From: Octopus sinensis
Lineage: Eukaryota
Direction of reading: 5' to 3'
Length of the DNA stretch: 64,000 bases
Assembly: GCF_006345805.1 (NCBI RefSeq)
Contig: NW_021832580.1
Coordinates: 1-64,000, forward strand
Translations under genes and position numbers: made by a program
Notes under the pieces: model-generated
Databases searched by the model: none
What the model was told of the DNA's origin: nothing
What the model saw: the letters and a program-made list of their open reading frames with translations, nothing else
Shown here: positions 25,050-37,685 of the stretch, in pieces
How the letters are laid out: the number at the start of each line of letters is the position of its first letter
How positions within the stretch are numbered: the first letter of the stretch is position 1

Positions 25050-26935
25050 CTTTTAGTTTAGAATAAATTTTGACAGGCCACCAGCTTTGTAGTAAGGCTG
25101 TGAAGGGAGGCGTTTCGTTTTGTTCATTATCCTTTAAATCATTAAGAGGCTCTTGCAGAATTTTATGGTCCCAGATATCGCAATCACTTCTAGTGCTCGA
25201 ATTAAGGATTTGCTTTCACACCCCAAGAACCCAAGTTCACCCACACTTTGTCCCAGGCGGGTTGTTATATATCTTGCTGCTTCAAGGCGGCGAGCTGACA
25301 GAAACGTTAGCACGCCGGGCGAAATGCTTAGCGGTATTTCGTCTGCCGTTACGTTCTGAGTTCAAATTCCGCCGAGGTCGACTTTGCCTTTCATTCTTTC
25401 GGGGTCGATAAATTAAGTACCAGTGACGCACTGGGGTCGACGTAATCGACTTAATCCGTTTGTCTGTCCTTAATTGCCCCCTCTGTGTTTAGCCCCTTGT
25501 GGGTAGTAAAAAAAATATCTTGCTGCTTCAATAATAATAATAATAATAATAATAGGTATGACAGTGTTGAAGGTGTATTTGAAAGTGTATCTTGGGTACT
25601 GGATTTGCAAACTCCCTCTCAATGGTCTTCAGATGCCCTCTTTCTCTTGTATTTTTCTAGCCACATTGGTGTCCAAAGGGCAGCTGATTTCCTCAACAGA
25701 TCATATCTTTTCTTTGTGGTCCCACACAACACACTCTAGTCCATTGTGTTTCAACTTGGTTGCTGTTTTAATTTTCAAATTCCACCCGTACTCTTTTGAA
25801 CCATCTGTCTTGGTGTATTCGACTTAGTCTGTAGCTGTTTTCTTTTTTGCTACCACGGCACCATGCCTCGCAGAAAGGCATGCCTGGAAGACATTCTCTC
25901 GCTGCTGGCAATAATATGGTTAGTATCTTCAATCTTGGTCTTGCACAGCCTACATTTTTTGTCTCTCTTTCTCTCTTACTTGTTTCAGTCATTTGACTGC
26001 GGCCATGCTGGAGCACCACCTTTTAGTCAAGCAAATCGACCCCAGGACTTATTCTTTGTAAGCCTAGTACTTATTCTATCGGTCTCTTTGGCCGAACCAG
26101 CATCGGTTGTCAAGCGATGTTCGGGGACAAACAGAGACACACAAACACACACACATATATATATATACGACGGGCTTCTTTCAGTTTCCGTCTACCAAAG
26201 CCACTCACAAGGCTTTGGTCGGCCCGAGGCTATAGTAGAAGACACTTGCCCAAGATGCCACGCAGTGGGACTGAACCCGGAACCATGTGGTTGGTAAACA
26301 AGCTACTTACCACACAGCCACTCCTGCGCCTGTCAATGTTTTCTGCCTTTGATGTTGTAGGTACTTGGTGGTGGTGGTCGTGGTGGGGTGTATTGTTTTT
26401 GAATTGCAAGGAAGTAGCCTTCAAAGTGGGATGGCATAAATTTGTCGGTACCTATGCCAAACCTTTGATGTAAACAATCGCTTCTATGGTTTGTGTTTTT
26501 CGTGCCAAGTACCCATGTACTATCTGCTCGGTGAAATGGTCAGTTTTTTTTTTAAATTTTGTTCTTCAGATAAACAAATTTTACCAATGATCTTTGGGGA
26601 GAGATCTGTATCAGCTCTTATTTCATATCTCTCCTCAAGTTAATTAGCTGTTCCAATTATGTTATTGATTTCACGTTCACAAACTTAGGCCAGATAATTA
26701 CTGGCCACTTTCCTATGCCACAGATGTTTCAGTGTCACAGTACGGGTTTCATCAATACAGATTTAAGAGCACGGCCTCCATCGATGTAGAAGCTTCCTGT
26801 AATACTGATCACCTTGCGAATTCGAACATCTATCTCACACTGAGATCTTGTAATGTCTATGATTTTCCTTTGAGCTTTGTTTAAGTTTTTCTTGGCCGCT
26901 AACAAAGCGACAAGACTTTTTGATTTAAGAAATTT
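25050..26935 (-). mobile_element. R4/Dong-like (restriction-like endonuclease) non-LTR retrotransposon 3' part, interrupted by two SINEs
   Basis: Frameshifted translation gives GGRALKS (thumb region), HGYL, CRLCK...RH (zinc knuckle), KEYGWNLKIKTATKLKHNGLECVVWDHKEKI..VEEISCPLDTNV (RLE), and LGFLGCESKSLIRALEVIAISGTIKFCKSLLMI* ending at 25134. Confidence 0.8.
25286..25514 (+). mobile_element. SINE family B monomer with 17-bp TSD
   Basis: ATATCTTGCTGCTTCAA at 25269-25285 and 25515-25531. Confidence 0.95.
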
Positions 26936-27396
26936 TCTGGCATGTATGTACGTACGTATACTCTTTTACTCTTTACTCTTTTACTTGTTTAAGTCATTTG
27001 ACTGCGGCCATGCTGGAGCACCGCCTTTAGTCGAGCGAATCGACCCCAGGTCTTATTCTTTGTAAGCCTAGCACTTATTCTATCGATGTCTTCTGCCGAA
27101 CCGCTAAGTAATGAGGACACCAACATCGGTTGTCAAGCGATATTGGGGGGGGGGGGACAAACACAGACATACAAACATATACGCACACATACACTCATAT
27201 ATATATACATATATACGACGGGCTTCTTTCAGTTTCCGTCTACCAATCCACTCACAAGGCTTTGGTCGGCCCGAGGCTATAGTAGAAGACACTTGCCCAA
27301 GGTACCACGCAGTGGGACTGTACCCGGAACCATGTGGTTGGTAAACAAGCTACTTACCACACAGCGCACTTCTGCGCCTTATATATATATATATAG

Positions 27397-27429
<33 letters not shown>

Positions 27430-27659
27430 GTATGTATGTATGTATACAGACACATATATATATATACATGCATGTAATGATACAGGACGTCATCCCGGTG
27501 CTAATAGCATGAAATACGTAAAACGAGAAGAAAATGGAGAACAGAACAAAGTTAAAACAAAGAAAGAACACTTCATTCGTTGTCGGTTGTCCATCTGCCC
27601 CTCATTTCAAGCATCAATATATATATATATATATAATATATATATATATATAATATAAA

Positions 27660-28590
27660 CTTAATCTTAGATAAACTTAGATATGTTTTCGACTAAAGAT
27701 TGGTCCAGGCCATGTCTAACTAATAGCACCACCTGATAGGATTATCTAAATCCTGTTTAAGTCAAGTTTTGTTTATGGTCCATTCAAGTAGTGAGTTTTT
27801 TTTTGTTGGGTGAATTGTATCCAATTATGGGGGCTTATCTGGTATTCCTTGAAGGAATCTATCCAGACTCCGTTTAAAGTTGATGGGATCCTTTTCCTCT
27901 TTGATCTCTTTCGGGACAATGTTAAATAGGGCAGGGCCTGTTGAGGAAAAGAAATTATGTTGCAGTGTACATGTATGCTGTGATCTTGAATTGGGCAGGG
28001 GACGTATGGCCCGTGGTCCCAGTCTTGGATGAACCTTGAAGCTAATGTTCAGGTCGTTTGGGCAAAGTTGGCAGTATATTCTCCACATCGTACAAATGAT
28101 GTACCGCTCACGGCGGCGCTGGAGAGAGTAGAGTTTCAAGGCTTTAAGGCGGTCCCAATAATCGAGAGCAGCCATGCCTTCAATTCGTTTAGTGAGTACT
28201 CTCTGGATGTTTTGTCTTGTATGGGGAGACCACAGTGGGCAGCAGTATTCGAGGTGTGGCCGTACAAAGGAGAAAAGTGGTATGATGACACCTTGTTCTC
28301 TGGACTGGAAGGTTCTTAAGATCCAGGAGTTCATCCTACGAGCTATATCGACCTTATTGTTGATGTGGGCATCCAACTGAGATTGTCATCAACAATTACG
28401 CCCAGGTCTGATATTGTTAGAGGCTGTGAGCAGTTCACCTGAAGGAAGAGAGTCTGGCTGTTTTAGTGTGGACTTTCTTCCAAAATGCATCAGCTCAAAT
28501 TTTCCCTCGTTCAGTTGCATTTTGTTTCTGTCTGCCCATTGACTCACAGCATATATATCAGACTGGAGTTGAATATAGACAAAAAGGAAA
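27660..28590 (-). mobile_element. CR1/L2-group LINE, 5'-truncated 3' end
   Basis: QSDIYAVSQWADRNKMQLNEGKFELMHFG, then FVRPHLEYCCPLWSP...YWDRLKALKLYSLQRRRERY; short 3' UTR ending in (TA)n. Confidence 0.9.
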
Positions 28591-28902
28591 ACTATAATTG
28601 TCATTAAATGTGACTAAGGCGCTAGAAACACCTACATTGTTAGAAGTAAGAGCTAAAATGCTCCAATGCTGTAGTCAGAGCACATGATTCGGCCGAAAAA
28701 CACTGATTGAATACACACATACACCGATATATATATATATATATATATACCAATTAAGGACTGAACACGAAAAGTGGACAGTCAACATGCTAGATATAGA
28801 CGTCAAATCGCCATTCTCCACAAAAAGATTATGTTCTCAAATCAAACTCAGCACAAAACCAAAGCAATAAACAAATGAAAATATACGAAATAAAATAATT
28901 AC

Positions 28903-28966
28903 CCATGTACTGATCAGTTTCGGTTATTATTATCCGCAAGGATAACTGTAACATTCATCAGCATGG
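28903..28966 (-). ncRNA. Near-intact minimal type-I hammerhead ribozyme motif
   Basis: ccaug CUGAUGA a uguua-cag-uuaucc-uugc-ggauaa-uaa-uaacc GAAA cugaucag UA caugg; predicted GUA cleavage between 28908 and 28907. Confidence 0.75.
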
Positions 28967-29069
28967 TCTGTTATGAATACAATTTGCTGGACTAGATGCA
29001 AAAACGATATATATATATATATATACTCACATGTGTGTGTGTGTGCGTTCGCGCGCACACACACATACA

Positions 29070-29103
<34 letters not shown>

Positions 29104-29695
29104 ACAGTTGTGTTTGAATTTCCAGTGCAGGCATGGCTGTGTGGTAAGAAGCTTGCTTCCCAACCGCATGGTTCTGGGTTCAGTCCCAGCGTATCGTACC
29201 GTGGGTAAGTGTCTTCTACTATTCTTCAAAGTGGTGCTCCAGCACGGCCGCAGTCCAATGACTGGTTCAAGTAAAAGATGAAAATATACTAAATTAATTA
29301 ACAAAGCTTTGGTCAGTTTGGGGCTATAGTGGATGACATTTGACCAAGGTGCCAGCTTGTGAAACTGAACTCGAAACCACACGGTTGGAAAGCAAACTTC
29401 TTAACCAGACAGCCATGCCTGCATCTTTCTATACTTATGATGAGCGAATGAAAGAAAGAGGGAGTCTCTTGAAGGACCGTTTCATGGTTTGTCGCTATCT
29501 CCTCAGAGAAGACGTATCCGGCTTCCTTCTGCTTAATACTATAGATCAGTAGTTTATAAAACAGTCATGAAATAGGTTAGCACAGTGGAGGGTAGCCTAA
29601 AAAGCAGTTTTGACAGCTTATCATTGATTAAACAATATCTGTATTTGTAACAATATGTGTGTGTGAGGGGGGGTATGTGTGTGTGATAGTTAGAC

Positions 29696-29765
<70 letters not shown>

Positions 29766-29838
29766 GCAGATATAGATAGATAGATAGATAGATATATACA
29801 TACATACATATAGATAAATAGATAGATATATATAGTAT

Positions 29839-29899
<61 letters not shown>

Positions 29900-30059
29900 T
29901 AGATGATAGATAGATAGATAGATATAGACATACATACATATATACGTGTGACGTTTGAGCGTGTGTGTATGTACCGGTCATATATTTAACTGCATGTAAA
30001 TATATTACTGCGCTATCCATTAGAGCGTAAGTCTTTTTTAGATATATGATCCCCTGACG

Positions 30060-30151
<92 letters not shown>

Positions 30152-31374
30152 GCGTAGGAGTGGCTGTGTGGTAAGTAGCTTGCTTACGAACCACATGGTT
30201 CCGGGTTCAGTCCCACTACGTGGCACCTTGGGCAAGTGTCTTCTACTATAGCCTTGGGCCGACCAAAGCCTTGTGAGTGGATTTGGTAGACGGAAACTGA
30301 AAGAAGCCCGTCGTATATATATATATACAAATTGAGATAGGGGTTGTAAATGCAACCCTCCATGGGATAACATATATCCAATATACTGCTAGTGAAGTAC
30401 CCAACAAAGTTAATACATAAATGTTAAGAATTGTACTTATTGTACCATATTACTCTTTCATGTACATTGTTTTGTTCTATATTATTATGTTTGACCTTAA
30501 TGTTCATATGTAGTGGTTTAATAAATTATGTGATTGGGTATTATCTGGTAGTTGATTATTGATTAAGATGTATTTCTCCATTTTCTTATTTTGTATATAT
30601 ATATATATATGTATCTGTTTGTCCCCCCTCCCCCCCAACATCGCTTGACAACCAATGATGGTGTGTTTACGTCCCCGTAACTTAGCAGTTCGGCAAAAGT
30701 GACCGGTAGAATAAGTACTAGGCTTATAAAGAACAAGTCCTGGCGTCGATTCGTTAGACTAAAGGCGGTGCTCCAGCATGGCCACAGTCAAATGACTGAA
30801 ACAAGTAAAAGAGTAAAGAGTAAAAAGTATATATATCTATATATAGATATATATGCATTATATACATACATTCATGCATGCATATTTACAAATATATATT
30901 GACATACATACGTATACATACACCCATGTACAAAACATATTTGAATTTTGCAAACGTGTCTGCAGGCGATCAGTATACTTGCATACACTGGAGGAAGTAC
31001 AAGGTGCTATGCACCGGAATTTCATCGTCCCCATTAATTATCTTTGATTATTCAACAATTGTTAATTGAAGCTCTAGCTATTCAGACCATATCTTGAATC
31101 AGTGGTGGTGGTGGTGGTGGTGGTCGGGGGTCTGGAGTTGCTTTTAGCGTCGCTTTCAGACAAAACGCAAAAACTTCAAGGAATACCCACCCAATGGTTG
31201 TTTTTAGCTACCAAAATGAATTGTATATGTTTAATTTGTCGAGGTTCTCCTCCCTTACTCATAACCTACCTGTAAATCTGTGTGCGTATATATATATATA
31301 TAAATATTTGCATACACACACAAACAAACAAGCAAGCAAATATTTGAGTTTACGTAAATATTTATGTAAACATA

Positions 31375-31414
<40 letters not shown>

Positions 31415-31426
31415 GCATATATGTAA

Positions 31427-31459
<33 letters not shown>

Positions 31460-31478
31460 ATAAATATATATACATACA

Positions 31479-31518
<40 letters not shown>

Positions 31519-31859
31519 CACACACATATATATATATACATACATATATAATATACATACATATATACATACATATATATATATACTATATATATATATA
31601 TATATACATAATATATATACATACATATATATATATATATACATACATATATATATAGATATATTATATATATATACATACATATATAGAAGAACAACAA
31701 CAAGTCCTGGGGTTGATTTGCTCGACTAAAGGCGGTGCTCCAGCATGGCCACAGTCACATGACTGAAACAAGTAAAAGAGTAAATATATACAGGTGGGGG
31801 TAGTGGCTTGTATATACTTATATGCATACATGTAGATATATATATATATATGTATGTGT

Positions 31860-32448
31860 ATGTATGTATGTATCTATACTTTGCTCCTATGAAAGTATGT
31901 GTGTATATGTGTGTGCGTGTGTGTGTATATGTGTGCACACCTCGCTCTGTGTATATAAATGTGTATATACTTATTCATGTATGTATACACATAGCTCGTA
32001 TGTAAGTATGAGTGTATATACACATCACACCTCTGTAAGTATAAATATGTGTGTATATAGGTATGTAGTTGTGTATACACAACGCTCTTATGTAAGTTTA
32101 TACACGCGTGTATATACATGTAAGTATTCATATATGTGGGGTAGTGGTTTGTGTATATATACTTATGTGCGTACATGTATATATATATGTATGAGTGTGT
32201 ATATGTGTATCTATATATATGTGCGTGTTTTTGTATGTCTATACATCGTTCCTATGAAAGTATGTGTGTATATGTGAGTGTGTGTGTGTGTATGTGTACA
32301 CCTCGCTCTGTGAATATGTGTATATACTTATTCATGTATGTATGTATGTATGTATGTATGTATACACATAGCTCGTATGTAAGTATGTGAGTGTGTATAC
32401 AGATCACTCCCCATTTATGCATACATATATATCTACATGTAATGCATA

Positions 32449-32482
<34 letters not shown>

Positions 32483-32824
32483 AAGTATAAATGTGTGTTT
32501 ATAGCTATGTATGTATTTATGTATACACTTCGCTCTTATGTAAGTTTATACACGCGCGTATATATATATATATAATATATGTGTGAGTGTGTGAGTGTGT
32601 ATACAGATCACACCTCATATATGCATACATGTATGCATATAAGTATATATATATATATATATATATATATGCAAAGTATAAATATGTGTGTATATAGCTA
32701 TGTATGTATTTATGTATATACTTCGCTCTTATGTAAGTTTATACACGCGTGTATATATATATATGTGAGTGTGTGGTGCGTATACAGATCACTCCTCATA
32801 TATGCATACATATATCTACATGTA

Positions 32825-32870
<46 letters not shown>

Positions 32871-32960
32871 AAGTATAAATATGTGTGTATATAGCTATGT
32901 ATGTATTTATGTATATACTTCGCTCTTATTTAAGTTTATACACGCGTGTATATATATATA
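31860..32960. repeat. Microsatellite-derived complex minisatellite (about 190-bp units)
   Basis: GTGTATACAGATCAC...CAAAGTATAAAT...CTTCGCTCTTATGTAAGTTTATACACGCG repeated three times from about 32390, with older diverged units upstream. Confidence 0.8.
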
Positions 32961-32989
32961 CATATGTGAATGTGTGGTGCGTATATTTC

Positions 32990-33570
32990 TGTACACACCG
33001 CTCTTTTACAGACGTCAATGGGTTGAAAAAGATGTTGCGTCGAAACCGGCAAAAATATTGCGTGTGCGATGAAGGGGAGAAGCGATCTCTCCCCTTTTCC
33101 TCACACCATTCCCCATGCGGCCCATTACTTACAGTCTCACCGTTTCTATATCCTATTCTAAATTTTTCCCCCTCTCTAATCCCTTCACCTTCTTCATCAC
33201 CACGTACACTCACACACACACACACACACGATCAGGCTTTCCTTTTCTTTTTCTTTCCTCTCTCTCTCTCTTTCTCTCACTCTCTCCTTTGCAGTCCCTT
33301 TCTATCTGTAACTCACTCAGTCACTTCCTTACTTTTTGTCTTTCACTCACCCACTCACACTTTCTCCTTAATCCCTCTCTCTTTCTTCTTTCTCCCTCGC
33401 TCTTTCTTCCTCCCCTATCTCTCACTCACTCACTCACTCACTCTCTCTACTCTATATCCTTATAATCTTTCTCCTCCTCCTCCTCTCCCCCCCAATTTGT
33501 CACGTTACGCTGATAGGTGTCGCCCCTGGATAAAACGAGGCCAGCGTGCGCACATGCGCCCTCTTCAAGG
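32990..33570. promoter_or_regulatory. CpG-enriched promoter-like region upstream of the SAMD1-like gene
   Basis: Unique, CpG-rich sequence amid repeats: GACGTCA (CRE-like) near 33011, pyrimidine tracts, and GCGTGCGCACATGCGC (NRF1-like) at 33544-33559, about 2.3 kb upstream of the ATG. No TSS evidence. Confidence 0.4.
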
Positions 33571-34360
33571 GTAGCAGTAGTCGTAGTAGTGATGATGGCG
33601 GTGATGGTAATGGTGGCGGCGGTGGTGATGATGATGATGATGGTGGTGGCGGCGGTGGTGATGAAGGTGGTGGTGGTGGCGGTAATGGCAGTCATAATAA
33701 AAGCGACTGCGATGGTGTTTCTCCCACCTTTACCGTTACTCGTGTAATTTCGTTACTTGCAGAAACGGTAGTGGTTGTTGTCGTGTGTGGGGGGCCCCAG
33801 TTCAGCTCTGATCCAGCTGACGTGTGATCAAAAGCGTTCCAGTCATGACCACTTCGTCTGTTGTTGTGTGTGTGTGTGTCTCTCTCTCCCTGGGATGACA
33901 TTGTCCAATATGAGTTGATGGAAGGTTTTTTTTTTGGCTGTTTTTTTTTTCTTTTTAACAGGTCGCGCAATCACGACCACATAGAGGCTTCCCTACCACG
34001 ACCACCACCACCACCACCGCCCGTTGATAGAACAGTAGTAGTAGTAGTGATGATGACGGAGGTGGTGATGGTGGTGTCTGAAAGAAAGTTAGAACCGGGT
34101 TGTATGAAGGTTGAAAAGGGGGGAAAAAGGAGAGATGAAGAAAAAAAAAGTGTTTATGGAAGAGGTGGGAGAGGATGTGAAGAGAGAGAGAGAGAGAGAG
34201 GAGGAAAGTAGAGCAACATTGGCACGTGAACATCGAAAAAAAAAAACTGGAGACACCCAAATGGTGTATAAATACATACACGCATTCAGCTAACCATGTA
34301 CACACTTGTACGCGGGTATATATATAGATAGATAAATAGGTGGATAGATAGATGGATAGG

Positions 34361-34399
<39 letters not shown>

Positions 34400-34879
34400 G
34401 ATAGATAGACTGATAGATAGACGGACAGACAGGCAGATAGATAGATAGATAGAGATAGATGGATAGATAGACAGACACACAGATAGATAGATAGACAGAT
34501 AGATAGACAGATGGATAGATATATAGATGGATAGATAGATAGATAGATAGATAGATGATAGATAAGTTTCTTTATTTTCATGGATAAATTTGGTAGAAGA
34601 TAGAGAAAACGTGATAGATATTGAAATAATAAGAAAAGACGAGACAGATTGGGATAGAGAGAAAGAAGGAGAGTAAAGAAAAAAAGCGAGACACTACAAA
34701 GCGATAAGAGATAGAGAGAAAGAAAGTATAAGATATAGAAGAGTAAATTAGAGAGAGTAAGAGAGATAAGGTGGCAGTACGGGGTAGAGTAGAAGTGTGA
34801 GGGGACGAGCGAGCGAGAGAGAGAGAGAGAGAGAGAGGGGGAATAGTGTGTCAGTGTGTGTATATGTAAATATGTGTCT

Positions 34880-34912
<33 letters not shown>

Positions 34913-35823
34913 ATATTTTTTTTTAAAGCTGTATTTGTGGCACGTTGTTCCTGCTGTACTCTAAACTAAAACTACTACAACTCCCCTCACTTAAGATCGC
35001 TTCCTTTTTGCGAGACGCATATACTTTAACACACACACATACATGTATGTATATGTGTGTGTATATGTATGCATAGATAGAGTTGAGTACACACGCACAT
35101 ATATACACATGCGCAATATTCAAGACGCGCGACGGAAAGACACGAAAAGCAAGTGAGAAAGCGAGGGAGAAGGCGACATAGAGAGAGGGTGAGCGAGACT
35201 CAACGAGAGAGAGAGAGAGAGAAGGAAGAGAGAGAGAGTGAGAGAGAAAGGAAGAGAGTGAGTGAGAGAGAGAGAGAGAGTCATACGGACGTAGAAAAAG
35301 CCAGAGCGAAGACCAGAAAAAAGTGTACATATATATATACATCGTATTTAATATATATATTTATGTGTGTATATAGAGTTTTAAGGTGACGGGAAAACGG
35401 AGCAAAAAAGGAGAAAAAAGAAAAAAATAATTATCAGCTACCAACCGGCGAAAGAGACTTTAAACATTAATACTGATTATACACCCAACTGGATATATAT
35501 TTACATACATCTATATACACTACACACATGTATACTTGTATATATACACCTATATTGATTGATTGAAACCTTGGATAGGTCTGCCATGTGTGTATATATG
35601 CATGTATCTACACATGTATACTTTAACTACACGTAAATTAATAGATTAATAGGATATGTCTGCGTATATGTATATATACGCATCTCTCTTATATTAACAG
35701 TTGCTTATATGTATATACACAGATATATATAGATATATTATATATCAGAAAATTTATATATACACCACACAATATATACAAATACAGATATAAACAGTTT
35801 TTTTAAATATAAAACCAGGCAAC

Positions 35824-36993
35824 ATGACAGAGAACACCGCAAAAGATTTGATACTGGACATTATCGGTCGTTTGCGAAGCCGCAAAGCCCGACCTGATTT
35901 CGAAAATATTTGCCACATGGCCTCGCGGAAACATGGATTAAGTTTGAAAGAAACGGAGGAGATGATGAGCAAGCTGGTGCAGGAGAATATTGTCATCAGA
36001 GTCACTTACAAAGGAAGGACGAGCTACAGAAATGCGGCCAAGTGCTCCAAGACCCGAATGCACGCCGAACTTTTGAACAAGAAAGCAGCAACGAAACTGC
36101 GGTTTGCCATTCAATCGCGCTGTTCACTGAACAACAATAATAACAGTAATAGCAACAACAACAGCATTAGTAAGTGTGAAAAACACAGAGGTGTTAATAA
36201 TAATAATAATAACACTAATAATAATAATAATAACTGTACAAATAGTACTTGTGATAACAATTCCGTGAATGACTGTGTCCTTTCTTCTAATGCCGCTACT
36301 ACGAACCAAAGTGGAGCCGGTTCGTGTGACAGTAAAACTTGTAGCCACTCTGCTCAAAAATCCAGGTCGAATTATCAGGATCCTAGTGTAGCCACCATTA
36401 CCAATAATAATAATAATAATTGCACGGCGACCCAGGTACTTACTGATGAATGCAACGGTGGTGGTGTTGATGATGATAGTGGTGATGTAGGTGTCAGTCG
36501 CGAACAGATCGAACTGTGGTGGCATGCACAAGGTTTCGAATCGGCTCTGGCGAAGATTGATTTAAACACGGTCATCCAAAACGAATTAATTGCTAAAAAT
36601 ATCCAGCTTTTACCGAACGGAAAGTTGGCGTTGACCAACAGTGGATCTACTACGACTGCCAATTCGGCCCTTTTAAATACCGCATCTCTTTCATCTTTGG
36701 TACCATTCTCTTCAGATTCCTTGCCGACAACAAATTCTTCGTCTTTTGTCCCCTGTTCGACTCCCGACACATCCACTGTGTCCCTTTCTTGCCAAGCACC
36801 CCTTTCACATGCAGCAGCAGTAGCAGCAGCAGCAGCAACAGACACGAGCCCTTCCGATAAACAGAAGGCTGATCTGGATAGGAATGGTATCTGTGGAAGC
36901 GGTGGGACAGGTGACACAAGCCGTCATCCTGTCAGTAAGAACTGTCTCCCCAAACCACCCTGTAAAAGAGGACGTCCTGTCTCAAGACGAAAG
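35824..36993 (+). CDS. SAMD1: First coding exon of a SAMD1/atherin-like winged-helix chromatin protein (gene continues beyond this exon; downstream exons not identified)
   Basis: ORF starts MTENTAKDLILDIIGRLRSRKARPDFENICHMASRKHGL...VIRVTYKGRTSYRNAAK, matching the SAMD1 WH signature (ILDxIxxLRSRKARPDxExIC...RVxYKGxxSYRNAA). Possible acceptor CCAG|G at 35818/35819, 5 nt before the ATG. Phase-0 donor AAG|GTAAAA at 36993/36994 after KRGRPVSRRK; the 408-aa track ORF reads into the intron. The symbol is family-level; orthology is untested. Confidence 0.85.
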
Positions 36994-37286
36994 GTAAAAA
37001 ATTCAAAGAGGCAATCTATTTTTATTGACATGCCACATTCACTCCATTAACACACACGCAGTAATACATAAATACACACATTCGCCAATATACAAGCACC
37101 AACACATACATTTATACGCATGCATACACACACATGGTCACACTCGCGCGCGCGCATATTCCCGTACACACATTACTTTCATTTTCTTGTATTATAAATT
37201 TTTTATTTATATTTTATCCGTTAACATTTCCTGTCTTTATAAATTAATTAAATTTACACGTTTAACTAAAAACACAAATAATCAAT

Positions 37287-37340
<54 letters not shown>

Positions 37341-37543
37341 TATATACTTATTATTTTACTTGTATTATATATTGATAATCCATTTTTATACTTTTTGGGA
37401 TCTAGTTATAAGTCATGTTTTATAAAAATTTATTATTTGTTTTTTATGTTTTGGTTTATGTCTATCACTGTTTGAGTTGCATAATAGTGGTTTTATCTCT
37501 AATTTATATTTCATATATATATATATATGTATTATATATCATC

Positions 37544-37685
37544 GGTGGTGCCCCAGCATGGCCGCAGCCTTCGGGCTAAAACATTTTTAAGGATTTAAGG
37601 ATATTAAATATATATATATATATATATTAAATGGCGGTGCCCCAGCATGGCCACAGCTCGCGAGCTGAAACTACATAAAATGAAA
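37544..37685 (+). mobile_element. Two stand-alone copies of the retroposon 3' hairpin module
   Basis: GGTGCCCCAGCATGGCCGCAGCCTTCGGGCTAAAAC and GGCGGTGCCCCAGCATGGCCACAGCTCGCGAGCTGAAAC. Confidence 0.7.

Noticed and set aside
29465-29515. Hammerhead-like motif on the minus strand (CUGAGGA..GAAA cgg UC)
   Set aside because: Stem I cannot be formed in register and stem II is weak.
33447-33827. Gly/Asp-rich, Val/Met-rich and Thr/Ile-rich ORFs
   Set aside because: Products of (GGT)/(GAT) trinucleotide repeats open in several frames on both strands; more likely UTR or promoter sequence.
36994-37050. C-terminal VKNSKRQSIFIDMPHSLH* of the 408-aa ORF
   Set aside because: Lies after a good phase-0 donor and runs into (CA)-rich sequence; treated as intron read-through, although an unspliced isoform is not excluded.
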